Assembly: GCA_012730105.1 (NCBI GenBank)
Contig: JAAYBJ010000003.1
Span: 13,450-77,449, forward strand
Length of the DNA: 64,000 nucleotides
Source of the DNA: Candidatus Hydrogenedentota bacterium
GTDB lineage: Bacteria > Hydrogenedentota > Hydrogenedentia > Hydrogenedentales > CAITNO01
Direction of reading: 5' to 3'
The stretch's first letter is position 1. Every line of letters begins with the position of its first letter. The notes below the pieces were generated by a model. The model did not search any database and was not told the DNA's origin. It worked only from the letters and a program-made list of their open reading frames with translations. Made by a program: the position numbers and the translations under genes. Of the stretch, positions 7,885 through 18,896 are shown piece after piece.

Positions 7885-10008
7885 TTATTTGCCGCGTTTA
7901 CGCAGGGCCACCGCGCCTGCCAGGGCGGTAACGGCGGATGCAAGGGCAAGGCCCACCAAACCAGCCACCGGGATGCCCGTGCCCACAGTAAGGGTGATTT
8001 CGGGCGAAGGCTCGGTGTACATGGAATCCGACACGTCGCAGCGATAGACGCCGGAATCTTCCAGCTGGGCAGCCGCAATCGTGTACATCGGGGAATTCAG
8101 GGCGTCGGGAATCACAATAAACTCGCCGCCGATGTCCTGTTTCTTCCATTCGTAGCTGACGGCGCCGACCGCGCAGGAGGCGGGATCCAGCGCCACTTCG
8201 AGGGTAACCTCATCATCAGGCAAAGCACTGACGATCGTAACCGGTGCGGTGACGATGAGTTTGCAGGTTTCGCGCTGGACAATCACATCGAGATACGCCG
8301 TGTTGAGGTTGCCTATACCGTCAGAGGCCGTGTAGGAAACCACATGCGTACCGATCACGCCGGTATTTACGCTGCCGCTGTCAATGACAATGGATTCGGG
8401 CGGAATATCGCCTTCACAAGCGTCCCATGCCGTGGCGCCCTGCTCGATGTAGGGGGCGCCGCCGTCCAACACGACCGGGCTGGCTGCCAGCAGGGTGATG
8501 ACCGGGCCGGTGGTGTCCATGACATTCACCGTGCGAACCAAGGTGTCCGCTGCGAGGGGAACGCTGTCTGAAACGTCATAGGTGATCAAATAGGTGCCGG
8601 TAACGGCGGTATCCACTGTGTCACCGCCAATAATCACTTCAAGGTCGCCTTCGCACTGGTCCACCGCTGTGGCGCCGGGTTCTTCGTACGAGTCAATGTT
8701 GCACTCCAAGTTCATCGTATCGGCGCCATTCAGGCTCAGCACGGGCGCAAGGGTGTCGGCAATGGTCACCACGCGCTGTTTCTGACCGGCCGGGGTGCCT
8801 TCCAAGTCAACCACATCGTAGAGGATCGTGTAAACGCCGGGGGTGATCAGCGGGAAAGTGACATTGCTCATGACAATGGAGGCGGTCAGGTCGCCGTCCT
8901 CGGGATCGCTGGCGGATACGCCTTCCATGGCCATCAGCTCGGTATACCCTGTGGTATCGCATTCCATATCCACCGTTGCCGGGTCCACGGTAATGACCGG
9001 CCTGCCGCTGAAAGTGGCCTCAATGGTGTGCTCAGCCGTCACACCGGTAAAGGTATATGTATAGGTCTCCAGACCGCCTGCCTCGGTTACCGGCACGCCG
9101 TCCACCAGCACCTGGGCGATAACGTAATCCACGTTGGCATCCACCTGGAAGGCCTGGCTGCCACCGGAAAGGACCGGCACTTCGCCCGACGGGGTAATGG
9201 CGCCGTTGGCGCCCGCGCTGGCGTCAATGGTATAGGCCGCGCGGAAACGGACCGCCACGATACTCCAGTTGTCGCTCACGTTCAAGGTATATGAAAAATT
9301 CTGGGCCGTGTTGGCCGTTTTCACGAGATACCCGGTCAGACCTTTGATGGACGGTGTGGCATTGTTCTGCTGGTCCCACGTCTTGACCGGCGCGCGGCCG
9401 GTAACACTTGCCGAAGGGCCAGCGTTGTGCGTGGCGGCGTCTACCACCAGGTAATCCACGTTGGCAATGAATGAACTGATCAAGGGAGTGGTTCCCGTGC
9501 TTGCGGCGTCCTTGCCATTGGTATCGCCCACTACAGGCGCGAATGCGGGGTCCAGATTACCCATGACATGCACATGCACGACCTTGGCCTCGGTCAGGGC
9601 ATTGGCCATACGGATGCGGACGCTGTGATCGCCGGAAACAGCGTTGTCAATATGGCGGTATAACAGCGTCGTGCTTTGATGCATGGGGGCCACGCTGCGG
9701 ATGGCCTGACGCGCCTTGGTCAGCAACGCGCCGGCGTCGCCGTCCAGATTCGCCCAGTCCACCGTGACATAGTCCGCTGTGGGGCCGGTGTCTGTGCGCG
9801 CATGCACGGTGACGATAATGGTGCGGTTTCTGCCCGCGGGCACGGCGAAAAGGCCGGTATCGGCTTCCTGGCCGCTCACAATGAAGTCGTACCGAGCCAG
9901 CCTCACCGGCGCCGCCGTGGCCGACACGGCCATCAGGGCGAGCGCGAGGCACGCCATGCCGAAAACTACCGTCCGAGGGGCGGCACACCTTCTGGTTTTT
10001 ACTGTCAT
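7885..10008 (-). CDS. Secreted surface protein with tandem Ig-like (DUF5011/HYR-like) domains and a C-terminal GxPVAG-TM-RKRGK anchor
   Basis: Signal peptide MTVKTRRCAAPRTVVFGMACLALALMAVSATA. Repeated GATAxDxCEGDL...YxVxDxxGN motifs. Strong AGAAGGAG RBS before the ATG at 10008. The C-terminal ~90 aa are homologous to the C-terminus of the 10193..14497 product. Confidence 0.8.
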   Translation of the reverse strand: MTVKTRRCAAPRTVVFGMACLALALMAVSATAAPVRLARYDFIVSGQEADTGLFAVPAGRNRTIIVTVHARTDTGPTADYVTVDWANLDGDAGALLTKARQAIRSVAPMHQSTTLLYRHIDNAVSGDHSVRIRMANALTEAKVVHVHVMGNLDPAFAPVVGDTNGKDAASTGTTPLISSFIANVDYLVVDAATHNAGPSASVTGRAPVKTWDQQNNATPSIKGLTGYLVKTANTAQNFSYTLNVSDNWSIVAVRFRAAYTIDASAGANGAITPSGEVPVLSGGSQAFQVDANVDYVIAQVLVDGVPVTEAGGLETYTYTFTGVTAEHTIEATFSGRPVITVDPATVDMECDTTGYTELMAMEGVSASDPEDGDLTASIVMSNVTFPLITPGVYTILYDVVDLEGTPAGQKQRVVTIADTLAPVLSLNGADTMNLECNIDSYEEPGATAVDQCEGDLEVIIGGDTVDTAVTGTYLITYDVSDSVPLAADTLVRTVNVMDTTGPVITLLAASPVVLDGGAPYIEQGATAWDACEGDIPPESIVIDSGSVNTGVIGTHVVSYTASDGIGNLNTAYLDVIVQRETCKLIVTAPVTIVSALPDDEVTLEVALDPASCAVGAVSYEWKKQDIGGEFIVIPDALNSPMYTIAAAQLEDSGVYRCDVSDSMYTEPSPEITLTVGTGIPVAGLVGLALASAVTALAGAVALRKRGK

Positions 10009-10149
10009 GAATGCACTCCTTCTCTTTTTGCGGTTATGGGCCGCGCGTTCACTCACCCAAAAGATAATTCCACACTGCCTTTTTGATCGGACAGATCCGA
10101 CCGATCTGACTGATCACCTTATTTATCGATTCAATAAAGCCCAAAGGGC

Positions 10150-10179
10150 GGCGCTGACGTTACAGTCAGCGCCGCCTTG
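10150..10179 (-). terminator. Rho-independent terminator-like hairpin just 3' of the giant gene
   Basis: 12-bp perfect stem GGCGGCGCTGAC/GTCAGCGCCGCC with a 6-nt loop, 14 nt after the stop; a U-rich tract (CUUUGGGCUUUAUUG) follows on the minus strand. Confidence 0.5.
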
Positions 10180-10192
10180 ATTCAACAGTTGA

Positions 10193-13100
10193 CTAGCGGC
10201 GCTTGCGCAGCGAGGCGACACCGGCGAGCGCGGAGGCGGCGGCTGCCAAGAGCAGGCCGAAGGCGCCCGCAACGGGCACACCGGAAGTGACGATGAGCGC
10301 CACTTCATTGGTGTCCACCGAACTCGACGCATCACTCACGCTGCACTTGTACGCCCCGGTATCCGTGAACTCGGCGCTTTCGATGACATAGATCGCCGCA
10401 TCCGGCGCATCCGGGATCACTTCGCCATTCTTCGTCCAGATGTAATGAAGTTCCCCGGCGCTGCAATTTTCAGACAACGGGGCGGCGGTGAAGGTCGAGG
10501 TGCCGCCCGGCGTTACCGGGTTAACGTCCACCGTCAGTTCATAAGCCAGCTCGCAGTCTTCGGGCTTCACCACCACGGTGCGCGCCGTCGCAACCGAATT
10601 CGCGGAGCTGTCACTGACCGTGTAGGTGAGCACATACGTGGCGACTTCATTTGTATTGGCCACGTCACCGTCGATAACGATGGCGCCGGACAGGTCGCCT
10701 TCGCATTCGTCCCACGCCTCGGCACCGGCTTCCACATAGAGGCTGCCGTCGGTGAGGATCACCGGGTTGTCGCCCAGCAGCGCGATGGACGGAGCCGTAG
10801 TATCCGCGACGGTCACCTCGCGCTCCGCGTTGGCAGTATTGCCGGCGCCGTCGGAAACGCTGTAGGTTACGATCTGCAGGCCGAGGACGGCGGTATTGGC
10901 GCCCTCGCCAATGACGATGGCACTGGTCAAGTCGCCTTCACAGACATCCGCCGCTGTCGCGCCGGCTTCTTCATAGATGTCGACGTTGCATTCCAACTGC
11001 AGTACGGCTTCGCCCAGCAGTTCAATCACCGGCGCGGCTGTGTCGGCCACCGTTACGGTCCGGGTGACTGTGGCCGCATTGCCCGCGGCGTCCTCGGCGT
11101 CGTAAGAAACGATATAGGCGTCGGGCACAGCTGTATTCACCAGGTCATCCCCGGTAATAATTACCGGCACAGAACCGTCTACGTTGTCTTCCGCGGTGGC
11201 GCCTGCTTCAATGAAGATGTCCGTATTGCATTCGAGCGTTTCATCGGAGCCGTTCATGGTAATCACAGGCGCTTCGCCGATGGCGCCGCCAAGATCGGAA
11301 CCTTCATTGTCGCGGATGAAGTTGCCCGCCGAATCTTCGACGGAGAAGGGCGTTACTGTAATCACAATATCGCCGCCGTTGAACATTTCATCGGGACGCA
11401 CCCAAACCAGACGGTATTCGGTGCCGCTCACCGTTTCCACACTGCTGGGATTGGCGGACAAGGTGCCGATGCCGGAACCGGAAACCGTGTAGTTGCCGGG
11501 AACATCCATGCCGATACCGCCCGTCATGTCCTTGTTGTAAGTCACCACGACAGTCAATTCGCTTTCCACTTGGACCAGCACGATATCCGGTTGTGAGGTA
11601 TCGAGCACGATCACCGTGCGGGTTACCTGCACCGCGTCGTTGCCCTGGGCGTCGGCAACATCATAAGTGACCGTGTAGGTGTCAGGAGTATTGGTGTCCA
11701 CCGGATTCACCGTGACAATGCTGCCGGTCAGGTCAACAGCGCCGCAACTGTCAGCGGCGGTGGCGCCAGCATCGGTGTAGACACTGAACATGTCCACGTA
11801 CACAACCGAGTCGCCTAGCAGGGTAATCACCGGCAGGGTGGTATCCACCACATGCACCGTGCGCGTCACCTGGGTCGCGGCATTAAGGGCCGTATCGCTG
11901 ACATCATAGGTGACCGTATAGTCGCCGACAACATCCACGTCCACCGGATTGACCGTAGAAATAGAACCGGTCAACTCACCGTCGCACACGTCATCAGCGG
12001 TCGCACCGGCATCGGTGTAACTGGTACTGCATTCCACCGTTACCTCCGCATCACCCACCAAGGTGATGACCGGCGCCGTGGTATCCACCACGTTGACCTG
12101 GCGCACAACCGGTATCGCGGCGTTACCCGCGGCATCAGATACGGTGTAGGTCACCGTGTAATTGCCGGGCACGGCCGTATCAACAGTGCTGACCGCGTTC
12201 GGGGTCAATGGCCCGTCGCAGTTATCATTCGCGGTGGCGCCAGCATCTGTGTAGGTGGCGCCGCATTCGACGGTCACCGGGCTCACGCCACTCATCGCAA
12301 TAACCGGCAGAACATCGTCCACCACCGTTACAGTGGCGTTGCACGATGCCAAATTACCCGCCCCGTCCCGCACATTCAACACTGCAGATACCGACGGCAT
12401 GTCGGCGCACGTAAAGGTCCGGGTTGCCGCACCGTCAATCAGCCACTGGGTGATGCCGCAGTTGTCCGTGCTCCCGCCGTCAATGGCATTGGCATTAATC
12501 GTGGGCGAACTCAAGTTCACTGTGATGTTCTTGCACACCGCGACCGGGTTGGTCGTGTCCGTAATGGTTAAGGTGGTATTGCAGGTGGCGGTAAGCCCGG
12601 CCGTATCCGTCACGGTGATGGTCACGGTTTGCGTACCCGTCACCATTGTACCGGCCGGGGGATTCTGGGCCACACTGGCGACACCACAATTATCCGCATA
12701 CACGCCGGTCGGGAGGAAGTTGGGCATGACCGCCTGGCAGTTGGCGTCGCCGACCGCCGACTGGGGCGGCGGGCAAACCGAAATCACCGGCGGCGTCACA
12801 TCCACCACCGTCACTACAGGACCGCAGGGCACTGCATTGCCACCCACGTCCGTTACCGTGATTTGAATCGGGATGGGGCCGAGCGGCAGAAGCGTGCCCG
12901 CGGCCGGGAATTGGGTAATACTCGCGATGCCGCAGTTGTCCGTCGCGGTTACCAGCGCGGCCAGGTTCGGCGCCGGCGCCACGCACGCGGCATTAGCGTT
13001 CAGTGTCTGATTGCCCGGGCAGAAAGTGATGACCGGGGCGATCGGGTCGTTCACGGTCACCGTGGCGTTGCACGTTGCCGTGCGGCCGATTCGATCCGTT

Positions 13101-14497
13101 ATGGTCAAGGTCACCGTCTTGCTCGGGATATCGGCGCTGCCGAAAGTGGTCTGAGAGGCAATACGCTTATAGATGCCCGCCTCGGCGATGCTGCCGCCGT
13201 CAATGTTGGCCGCTGTCATGGTGCCTGCACAACTGGCATCCAGGTTCACGGTGTAGGCCGCACACACGGCCGACGGCCCGTTCGCGCTGTATTCATACGC
13301 GCCCATATCACGCGCGCCGCCAAGCGGACGCGGGACCAGGCGAATGTCCTCAGTGATGGCCGAACTACCGGTATTCAAACAGGGCGCGCCGGTGATCTGA
13401 TAGGGGAACGGCGCGGCGCCGGAGAAGTTCGGGAGTGCATTGATATTGCCCGTGCCCGGATAGAGGCCGCCGTCAATATCGCTATAGGTACAGGTCAGGT
13501 TCTTTACGGCGCCGGTGATGGCGGCATTTACAATACCGACATTCCCTGTGTTGCCATAGGAGATGGCAGAAAGGACCGAGCCGGCCGTCGCGGGCAGGGT
13601 GCCCACGGTCACGTTAAAGATACCACCGCTGGTAAGACCATGATTCGGGTTGCCGGGCACAGCCGCACCCAAGCCCACGGTATTGGCCGTGATGGTGCAA
13701 TGAATCACTTGCGGCGTGGAAAGATTGATGAACAGGCCGCCGCCGCCTCGGGCCGGATTGCTCTGCCAGTCTAGGTTACGCGTGGCCGTGTTGCCGTCAA
13801 TCACGCAGTTGATGTACTGGGCGGCCGCCGCATCGCCCGAGATGCCTTCGTTCGCCACACCGCCGCCGCTGACGCTGGCGGTATTGCCGTAAATGCGGCA
13901 GTTGGCGATGACCGGGTTGGACCGCCAGTTGTAGATGCCGCCGCCGCGATAGGCATGATACACGCCCGATACGCCCGCGGCGTTACCGCCCGTAATCTGA
14001 AACCCGTCGAGTCTTGAACCCACCGTGGGGGCGGCGCCTTTGCCGAACACCACCACGTGATAGGCGGGACTGCCCGCGCGGGACGTGGCGCCGTTGATGA
14101 CGGTAACATTGATGCCGGGCGCGCGTTGGTTCAGGAGGGTTTCCTGCTGGCCCGTGCCGCCGCGCCATCCTTCAAACCCGCCATACACGGCGACGTTGTC
14201 CTTCATGACCAGCGAGCCGGCATAGGCGGTCGGGCCGCCCCACAATTCCGTGCGCGCTTCATTGTAGACCACGCCGCCCGGCGCACCGGCGACCCACACC
14301 TGGCCGCCGCCCGCGGCGAACATGGCGTCAATGGCGGGCTGAATCGTCGTAAAGGCGTTCTGCCACGACGTGCCGTTGTTCGCGCCCGTGGCGGATTTGT
14401 CCACGAATCTGACCTGCGCGTCAGCGTCTACTGCGGCAAAAAACGTTACCACAATAGCGCATAGGAAAACAGATAAAGACAATCGAGAGGGTTTCAT
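10193..14497 (-). CDS. Giant (1434-aa) secreted adhesin-like protein: N-terminal right-handed beta-helix (pectin-lyase fold) domain, about 10 Ig-like (DUF5011-type) repeats, and a C-terminal GVPVAG-TM-LRKRR anchor
   Basis: Signal peptide MKPSRLSLSVFLCAIVVTFFAAVDADA; TAAGGAG RBS. Beta-helix repeats (NCRIYGNTASVSGGGV, NCVIDGNTA). Repeated GATAxDxCDGxLT Ig-like modules. The C-terminal Ig-like domain and hydrophobic/basic tail are shared with the 7885..10008 product. Confidence 0.85.
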   Translation of the reverse strand: MKPSRLSLSVFLCAIVVTFFAAVDADAQVRFVDKSATGANNGTSWQNAFTTIQPAIDAMFAAGGGQVWVAGAPGGVVYNEARTELWGGPTAYAGSLVMKDNVAVYGGFEGWRGGTGQQETLLNQRAPGINVTVINGATSRAGSPAYHVVVFGKGAAPTVGSRLDGFQITGGNAAGVSGVYHAYRGGGIYNWRSNPVIANCRIYGNTASVSGGGVANEGISGDAAAAQYINCVIDGNTATRNLDWQSNPARGGGGLFINLSTPQVIHCTITANTVGLGAAVPGNPNHGLTSGGIFNVTVGTLPATAGSVLSAISYGNTGNVGIVNAAITGAVKNLTCTYSDIDGGLYPGTGNINALPNFSGAAPFPYQITGAPCLNTGSSAITEDIRLVPRPLGGARDMGAYEYSANGPSAVCAAYTVNLDASCAGTMTAANIDGGSIAEAGIYKRIASQTTFGSADIPSKTVTLTITDRIGRTATCNATVTVNDPIAPVITFCPGNQTLNANAACVAPAPNLAALVTATDNCGIASITQFPAAGTLLPLGPIPIQITVTDVGGNAVPCGPVVTVVDVTPPVISVCPPPQSAVGDANCQAVMPNFLPTGVYADNCGVASVAQNPPAGTMVTGTQTVTITVTDTAGLTATCNTTLTITDTTNPVAVCKNITVNLSSPTINANAIDGGSTDNCGITQWLIDGAATRTFTCADMPSVSAVLNVRDGAGNLASCNATVTVVDDVLPVIAMSGVSPVTVECGATYTDAGATANDNCDGPLTPNAVSTVDTAVPGNYTVTYTVSDAAGNAAIPVVRQVNVVDTTAPVITLVGDAEVTVECSTSYTDAGATADDVCDGELTGSISTVNPVDVDVVGDYTVTYDVSDTALNAATQVTRTVHVVDTTLPVITLLGDSVVYVDMFSVYTDAGATAADSCGAVDLTGSIVTVNPVDTNTPDTYTVTYDVADAQGNDAVQVTRTVIVLDTSQPDIVLVQVESELTVVVTYNKDMTGGIGMDVPGNYTVSGSGIGTLSANPSSVETVSGTEYRLVWVRPDEMFNGGDIVITVTPFSVEDSAGNFIRDNEGSDLGGAIGEAPVITMNGSDETLECNTDIFIEAGATAEDNVDGSVPVIITGDDLVNTAVPDAYIVSYDAEDAAGNAATVTRTVTVADTAAPVIELLGEAVLQLECNVDIYEEAGATAADVCEGDLTSAIVIGEGANTAVLGLQIVTYSVSDGAGNTANAEREVTVADTTAPSIALLGDNPVILTDGSLYVEAGAEAWDECEGDLSGAIVIDGDVANTNEVATYVLTYTVSDSSANSVATARTVVVKPEDCELAYELTVDVNPVTPGGTSTFTAAPLSENCSAGELHYIWTKNGEVIPDAPDAAIYVIESAEFTDTGAYKCSVSDASSSVDTNEVALIVTSGVPVAGAFGLLLAAAASALAGVASLRKRR

Positions 14498-14858
14498 CAC
14501 GTAGACTCCTTACGTTGTTGTTCCATCGAAGCACACCGCCAACGTGCAGACCGGGTACAGGACTACCGATGTAAAGATATCCTGTTGCCTCAACCCTTCA
14601 CTGTCGTGGCTCCGACGCCTCACATTACTTGTTTCTTATAAATACGACACCCAAGAAGAAACGCCTTGCGTTTCCATATTTTAGTAAAAATCCCAGACTA
14701 CCTGAATAACGCTTACACTACAGGGTAAATCAAATTTCACGAAAAGTCAAGAACTTTAAACGAGGCGCTTGTTTTTTCTCGGGCTAAATGCGATATACAT
14801 CACATCCAGATCTGACTGATATAGACACGGTCCATCAAACACGCATTATTCACAGTAT

Positions 14859-15136
14859 AGGATATCGGTTACTTAAAATTTGTTTTTTTTATAAAAATGC
14901 ACTTGCGTTGGGCGGAACACAGGTAAGGGGGGCCGGGGAATGCGGAAGGCGGAAGGCGAAAGGCGAAACCCCTTTTATAGGATCCATAGGACTTATAGGA
15001 CCCATAAGACCCGCAAGAAAAGCGCCTTGACCTGAGCCGCGCCCCGAATGATTTCATTCCGCCTTCCGCATTCCGCATTCCGCTGTCAGGCATACCGATG
15101 AAACGCTTGATACAATTCCGCCTGAACCGATATCCT
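14859..15136. repeat. Nested inverted-repeat element in a divergent intergenic region
   Basis: Outer 12-bp perfect IR AGGATATCGGTT (14859-14870) / AACCGATATCCT (15125-15136). Inner GC-skewed IR GAATGCGGAAGGCGGAAGG (about 14966-14996) / CCGCCTTCCGCATTCCGCATTC (about 15085-15113). Central ATAGGAC direct repeats. Confidence 0.4.
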
Positions 15137-15236
15137 AGCGTTCTCCTGTTTCTTTATGGACACCGATCGTGTTTAAGGACACCGCCCCACAGTTGTTCCC
15201 ACATCCTCATTCGCGTTCAATAGAAAGGGTAAGGAA

Positions 15237-16211
15237 ATGAAAATCGTGATTACCCGCCGTATACCCGAGGCGGGGGTTGAAACGCTTGTCCACGCATTCG
15301 GCACGGAACAGGTCCGACGGCATGAGGAAGAACGACCCATGACACGGGCCGTACTTCTTGATGCCCTCCGGGGCGCGACGGCCGTGCTTTGCACCATTAC
15401 GGAGAAGATGGACGCGGAGGCCATGGACGCCGCAGGCGACCAGTTGAAAATCATCGCGAATATGGCCGTCGGTTATGACAATATTAACCTGGCCGATGCT
15501 GCGGCGCGGAATATTTTGGTAACCAATACGCCCGGCGTCCTGACGGAAGCCACGGCGGACCTGGCTTGGGCGCTGATCCTGGGCGCGGCGCGCCGTACAG
15601 GCGAAGCGGAACGCTGCCTGCGCGCCGGGTTGTGGGAAGGCTGGGGACCGCTCCAGTTCCTGGGCGCGTCGGTGCACGGCAAAACGCTGGGCATTTTCGG
15701 CATGGGCCGCATCGGCCGCGCTGTGGCGCGTCGCGCCCTCGGTTTTGACATGCCCGTCCTCTACTGCGACACAAACCGCCTCGATGCTGAAACGGAGCGG
15801 CAGCTGCATGCCCGGCTCGTTGACAAAGACACTTTGCTTCGCGAATCGGATATCCTGACCCTGCACTGCCCCCTAACCCCGGAAACGCGCCACGCCTTCA
15901 CCCTGCGGGAATTCAAACAGATGAAACGTGGCGCCCTGATCGTCAACACTTCCCGGGGCCCCGTAATCAAAGAGGAGGACTTGTCCGCCGCGCTACGGGA
16001 AGACCTGATTTTCGCCGCAGGCCTCGACGTGTATGAACACGAACCCGCCGTGCACGCAGCACTGCTGAAACAAGAACAGGCCGTGCTGCTGCCGCACCTG
16101 GGCAGCGCCACCGTGGAAACGCGCGCCACCATGGCGCGCATGGCGGCGGAAAATATCGTCGCCGCCCTGTCCGGCAGTGAACCGCCGAACCGGGTCCTCC
16201 TCCCTTCGTGA
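15237..16211 (+). CDS. D-isomer-specific 2-hydroxyacid dehydrogenase (glyoxylate/hydroxypyruvate reductase family)
   Basis: NAD-binding GIFGMGRIGRAVARRA. Overall architecture typical of GhrB/glycerate dehydrogenase-like enzymes, with catalytic R/E/H spacing. Confidence 0.9.
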   Translation: MKIVITRRIPEAGVETLVHAFGTEQVRRHEEERPMTRAVLLDALRGATAVLCTITEKMDAEAMDAAGDQLKIIANMAVGYDNINLADAAARNILVTNTPGVLTEATADLAWALILGAARRTGEAERCLRAGLWEGWGPLQFLGASVHGKTLGIFGMGRIGRAVARRALGFDMPVLYCDTNRLDAETERQLHARLVDKDTLLRESDILTLHCPLTPETRHAFTLREFKQMKRGALIVNTSRGPVIKEEDLSAALREDLIFAAGLDVYEHEPAVHAALLKQEQAVLLPHLGSATVETRATMARMAAENIVAALSGSEPPNRVLLPS

Positions 16212-16245
16212 TCCTAATACGGGCGCTGCCCACAACCCAACGCCC

Positions 16246-16385
16246 CATCGTATTCGTGCTCGTAACTCGTATTCGTAATCGGAAAAAACAGAACAGAGAT
16301 TCGATTACGAAGCACGAGTACGAAGCACGAGTACGAAGCACGAGTACGAAGCACGAGTACGAAGCACGAGTACGAAGCACGATTC
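16246..16385. repeat. 13-bp tandem repeat array (CGAAGCACGAGTA x about 5.7, 16308-16383) preceded by a degenerate inverted copy (16246-16285), forming a potential long hairpin
   Basis: Direct reading of the sequence; lies 35 bp after the stop of the dehydrogenase gene. Confidence 0.75.
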
Positions 16386-16534
16386 ATCCTAAAAACGGCC
16401 GTTGGATTCAGAAGTGGTTTTCAAACCAAGGCGCTTAGGGTCATTTCGCTGACAATTAATTATGAGTTCTGCTTTAAGTATAGGTAACCAAGAAGAGTGT
16501 CATGTTTTGATTTGTCTCAAAGACCCAAAAACAA

Positions 16535-16777
16535 CGCGTCATTCCGGTTTTTCGCGGTGGGAAAAAGAAATGTATCGAAGAGTGTGCCAAGCCGCGAAAA
16601 GACCGGAATCTATCTTTGGAAGCCGCGCATGAGGAACAGCCCGTGTCGGATTTATTTTTTAAGATGGGAAATGGGCATTCATTGCGGTGCGACGAATCTG
16701 GATTCCGGTCTTTTTCGCGTTGTACAGTACCGTTCTTCGATCCGAGCCAGAGATCGCGAAAAAACCGGAATGACGCG
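16535..16777. mobile_element. R1 MITE-like element, copy 2
   Basis: Same TIRs (CGCGTCATTCCGGTTTTTCGCG / CGCGAAAAAACCGGAATGACGCG) and same internal unit sequences as 7246..7483. The centre is variable. Confidence 0.55.
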
Positions 16778-16924
16778 ACTTGGGGTTGTTTATAATAAAA
16801 AGCGAAGTGCGTTGATGCGGGCGTTTTTATTCACCTTTTTTTTCGTATGTAGTGTTGACTTTTGCTGCGCCAAGGGCGTCACTTCTTCCGGGCGAAGTCC
16901 CGGACGAAGCGTAGGGACTTGAAG

Positions 16925-17045
16925 GATATAAAGGACGAAAAGGACTGTAAACCGCTCTCCTGATTAGTATGTCCTTTACGCCTCTTAAGTCCTTTCGGTC
17001 CTTTCTTTTAAGAGGCTTTCCTGGCATTAACTGCCGTTTATGGGT
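16925..17045. repeat. R2 palindromic repeat, copy b (reverse orientation)
   Basis: AAAGGACGAAAAGGAC...GTCCTTTCGGTCCTTTCTTTTAAGAGGCTTTCCTGGCATTAACTGCCGTTT matches the other copies. Confidence 0.5.
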
Positions 17046-17396
17046 TCATAACACGCGTGCTCATACGTGAGACCAAGCAGTATGAACAGGAGTGAACACC
17101 ATGGCTGACTTCATTATTTTTTGTCGATTACAAGCCGATAAAGCTCTTTTATACATTTCATTATCCGGCAAAAGTGCCGGATAATTCCTATTCAGAGAAC
17201 CACTGTCAAACGCTTTGCGCCGGTGTCAGTTGAGGATTACCCCTGTTTCATGGATGTGAATCGACGGGTATGTTTTTTTGACATCGCGGCGCCAGCGCGT
17301 GTACACTTCCCGCAACCGGATGTCAGGTTCCGGTACAGGCTACGCCGCAGACTGCTGAAAACAGCGGCACATTCACCCTACGACCCCGGCCGTTAA

Positions 17397-18758
<1,362 letters not shown>

Positions 18759-18785
18759 TGTAAGGAATGTCACGAATGAAACACA

Positions 18786-18848
18786 GGGGCAGTCCCGTCT
18801 CGCTTCCGTTGGTCGCTCATTTGGGACAGTCCCTGTGTTTCAATTTAA
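18786..18848 (+). terminator. Terminator-like long imperfect hairpin after gdhA
   Basis: AAACACAGGGGCAGTCCC ... GGGACAGTCCCTGTGTTT, followed by CAATTT. Confidence 0.45.
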
Positions 18849-18896
18849 GCCCGCAAAGTAGGGACAGTTCCTCATGACACTTTGCGTTCCCCAGAA

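Noticed and set aside
9966-14497. Canonical PEP-CTERM assignment for the giant adhesin tails.
   Set aside because: The hydrophobic/basic tail is present, but the diagnostic PEP tripeptide is replaced by (I/V)PVAG. It was therefore not called PEP-CTERM and is reported as a variant class instead.
16308-16383. Considered whether the regularly spaced repeats were a CRISPR array.
   Set aside because: The 13-bp units are directly adjacent with no unique spacers, so this is a simple tandem repeat. No CRISPR-like repeat-spacer array was seen anywhere in the window.
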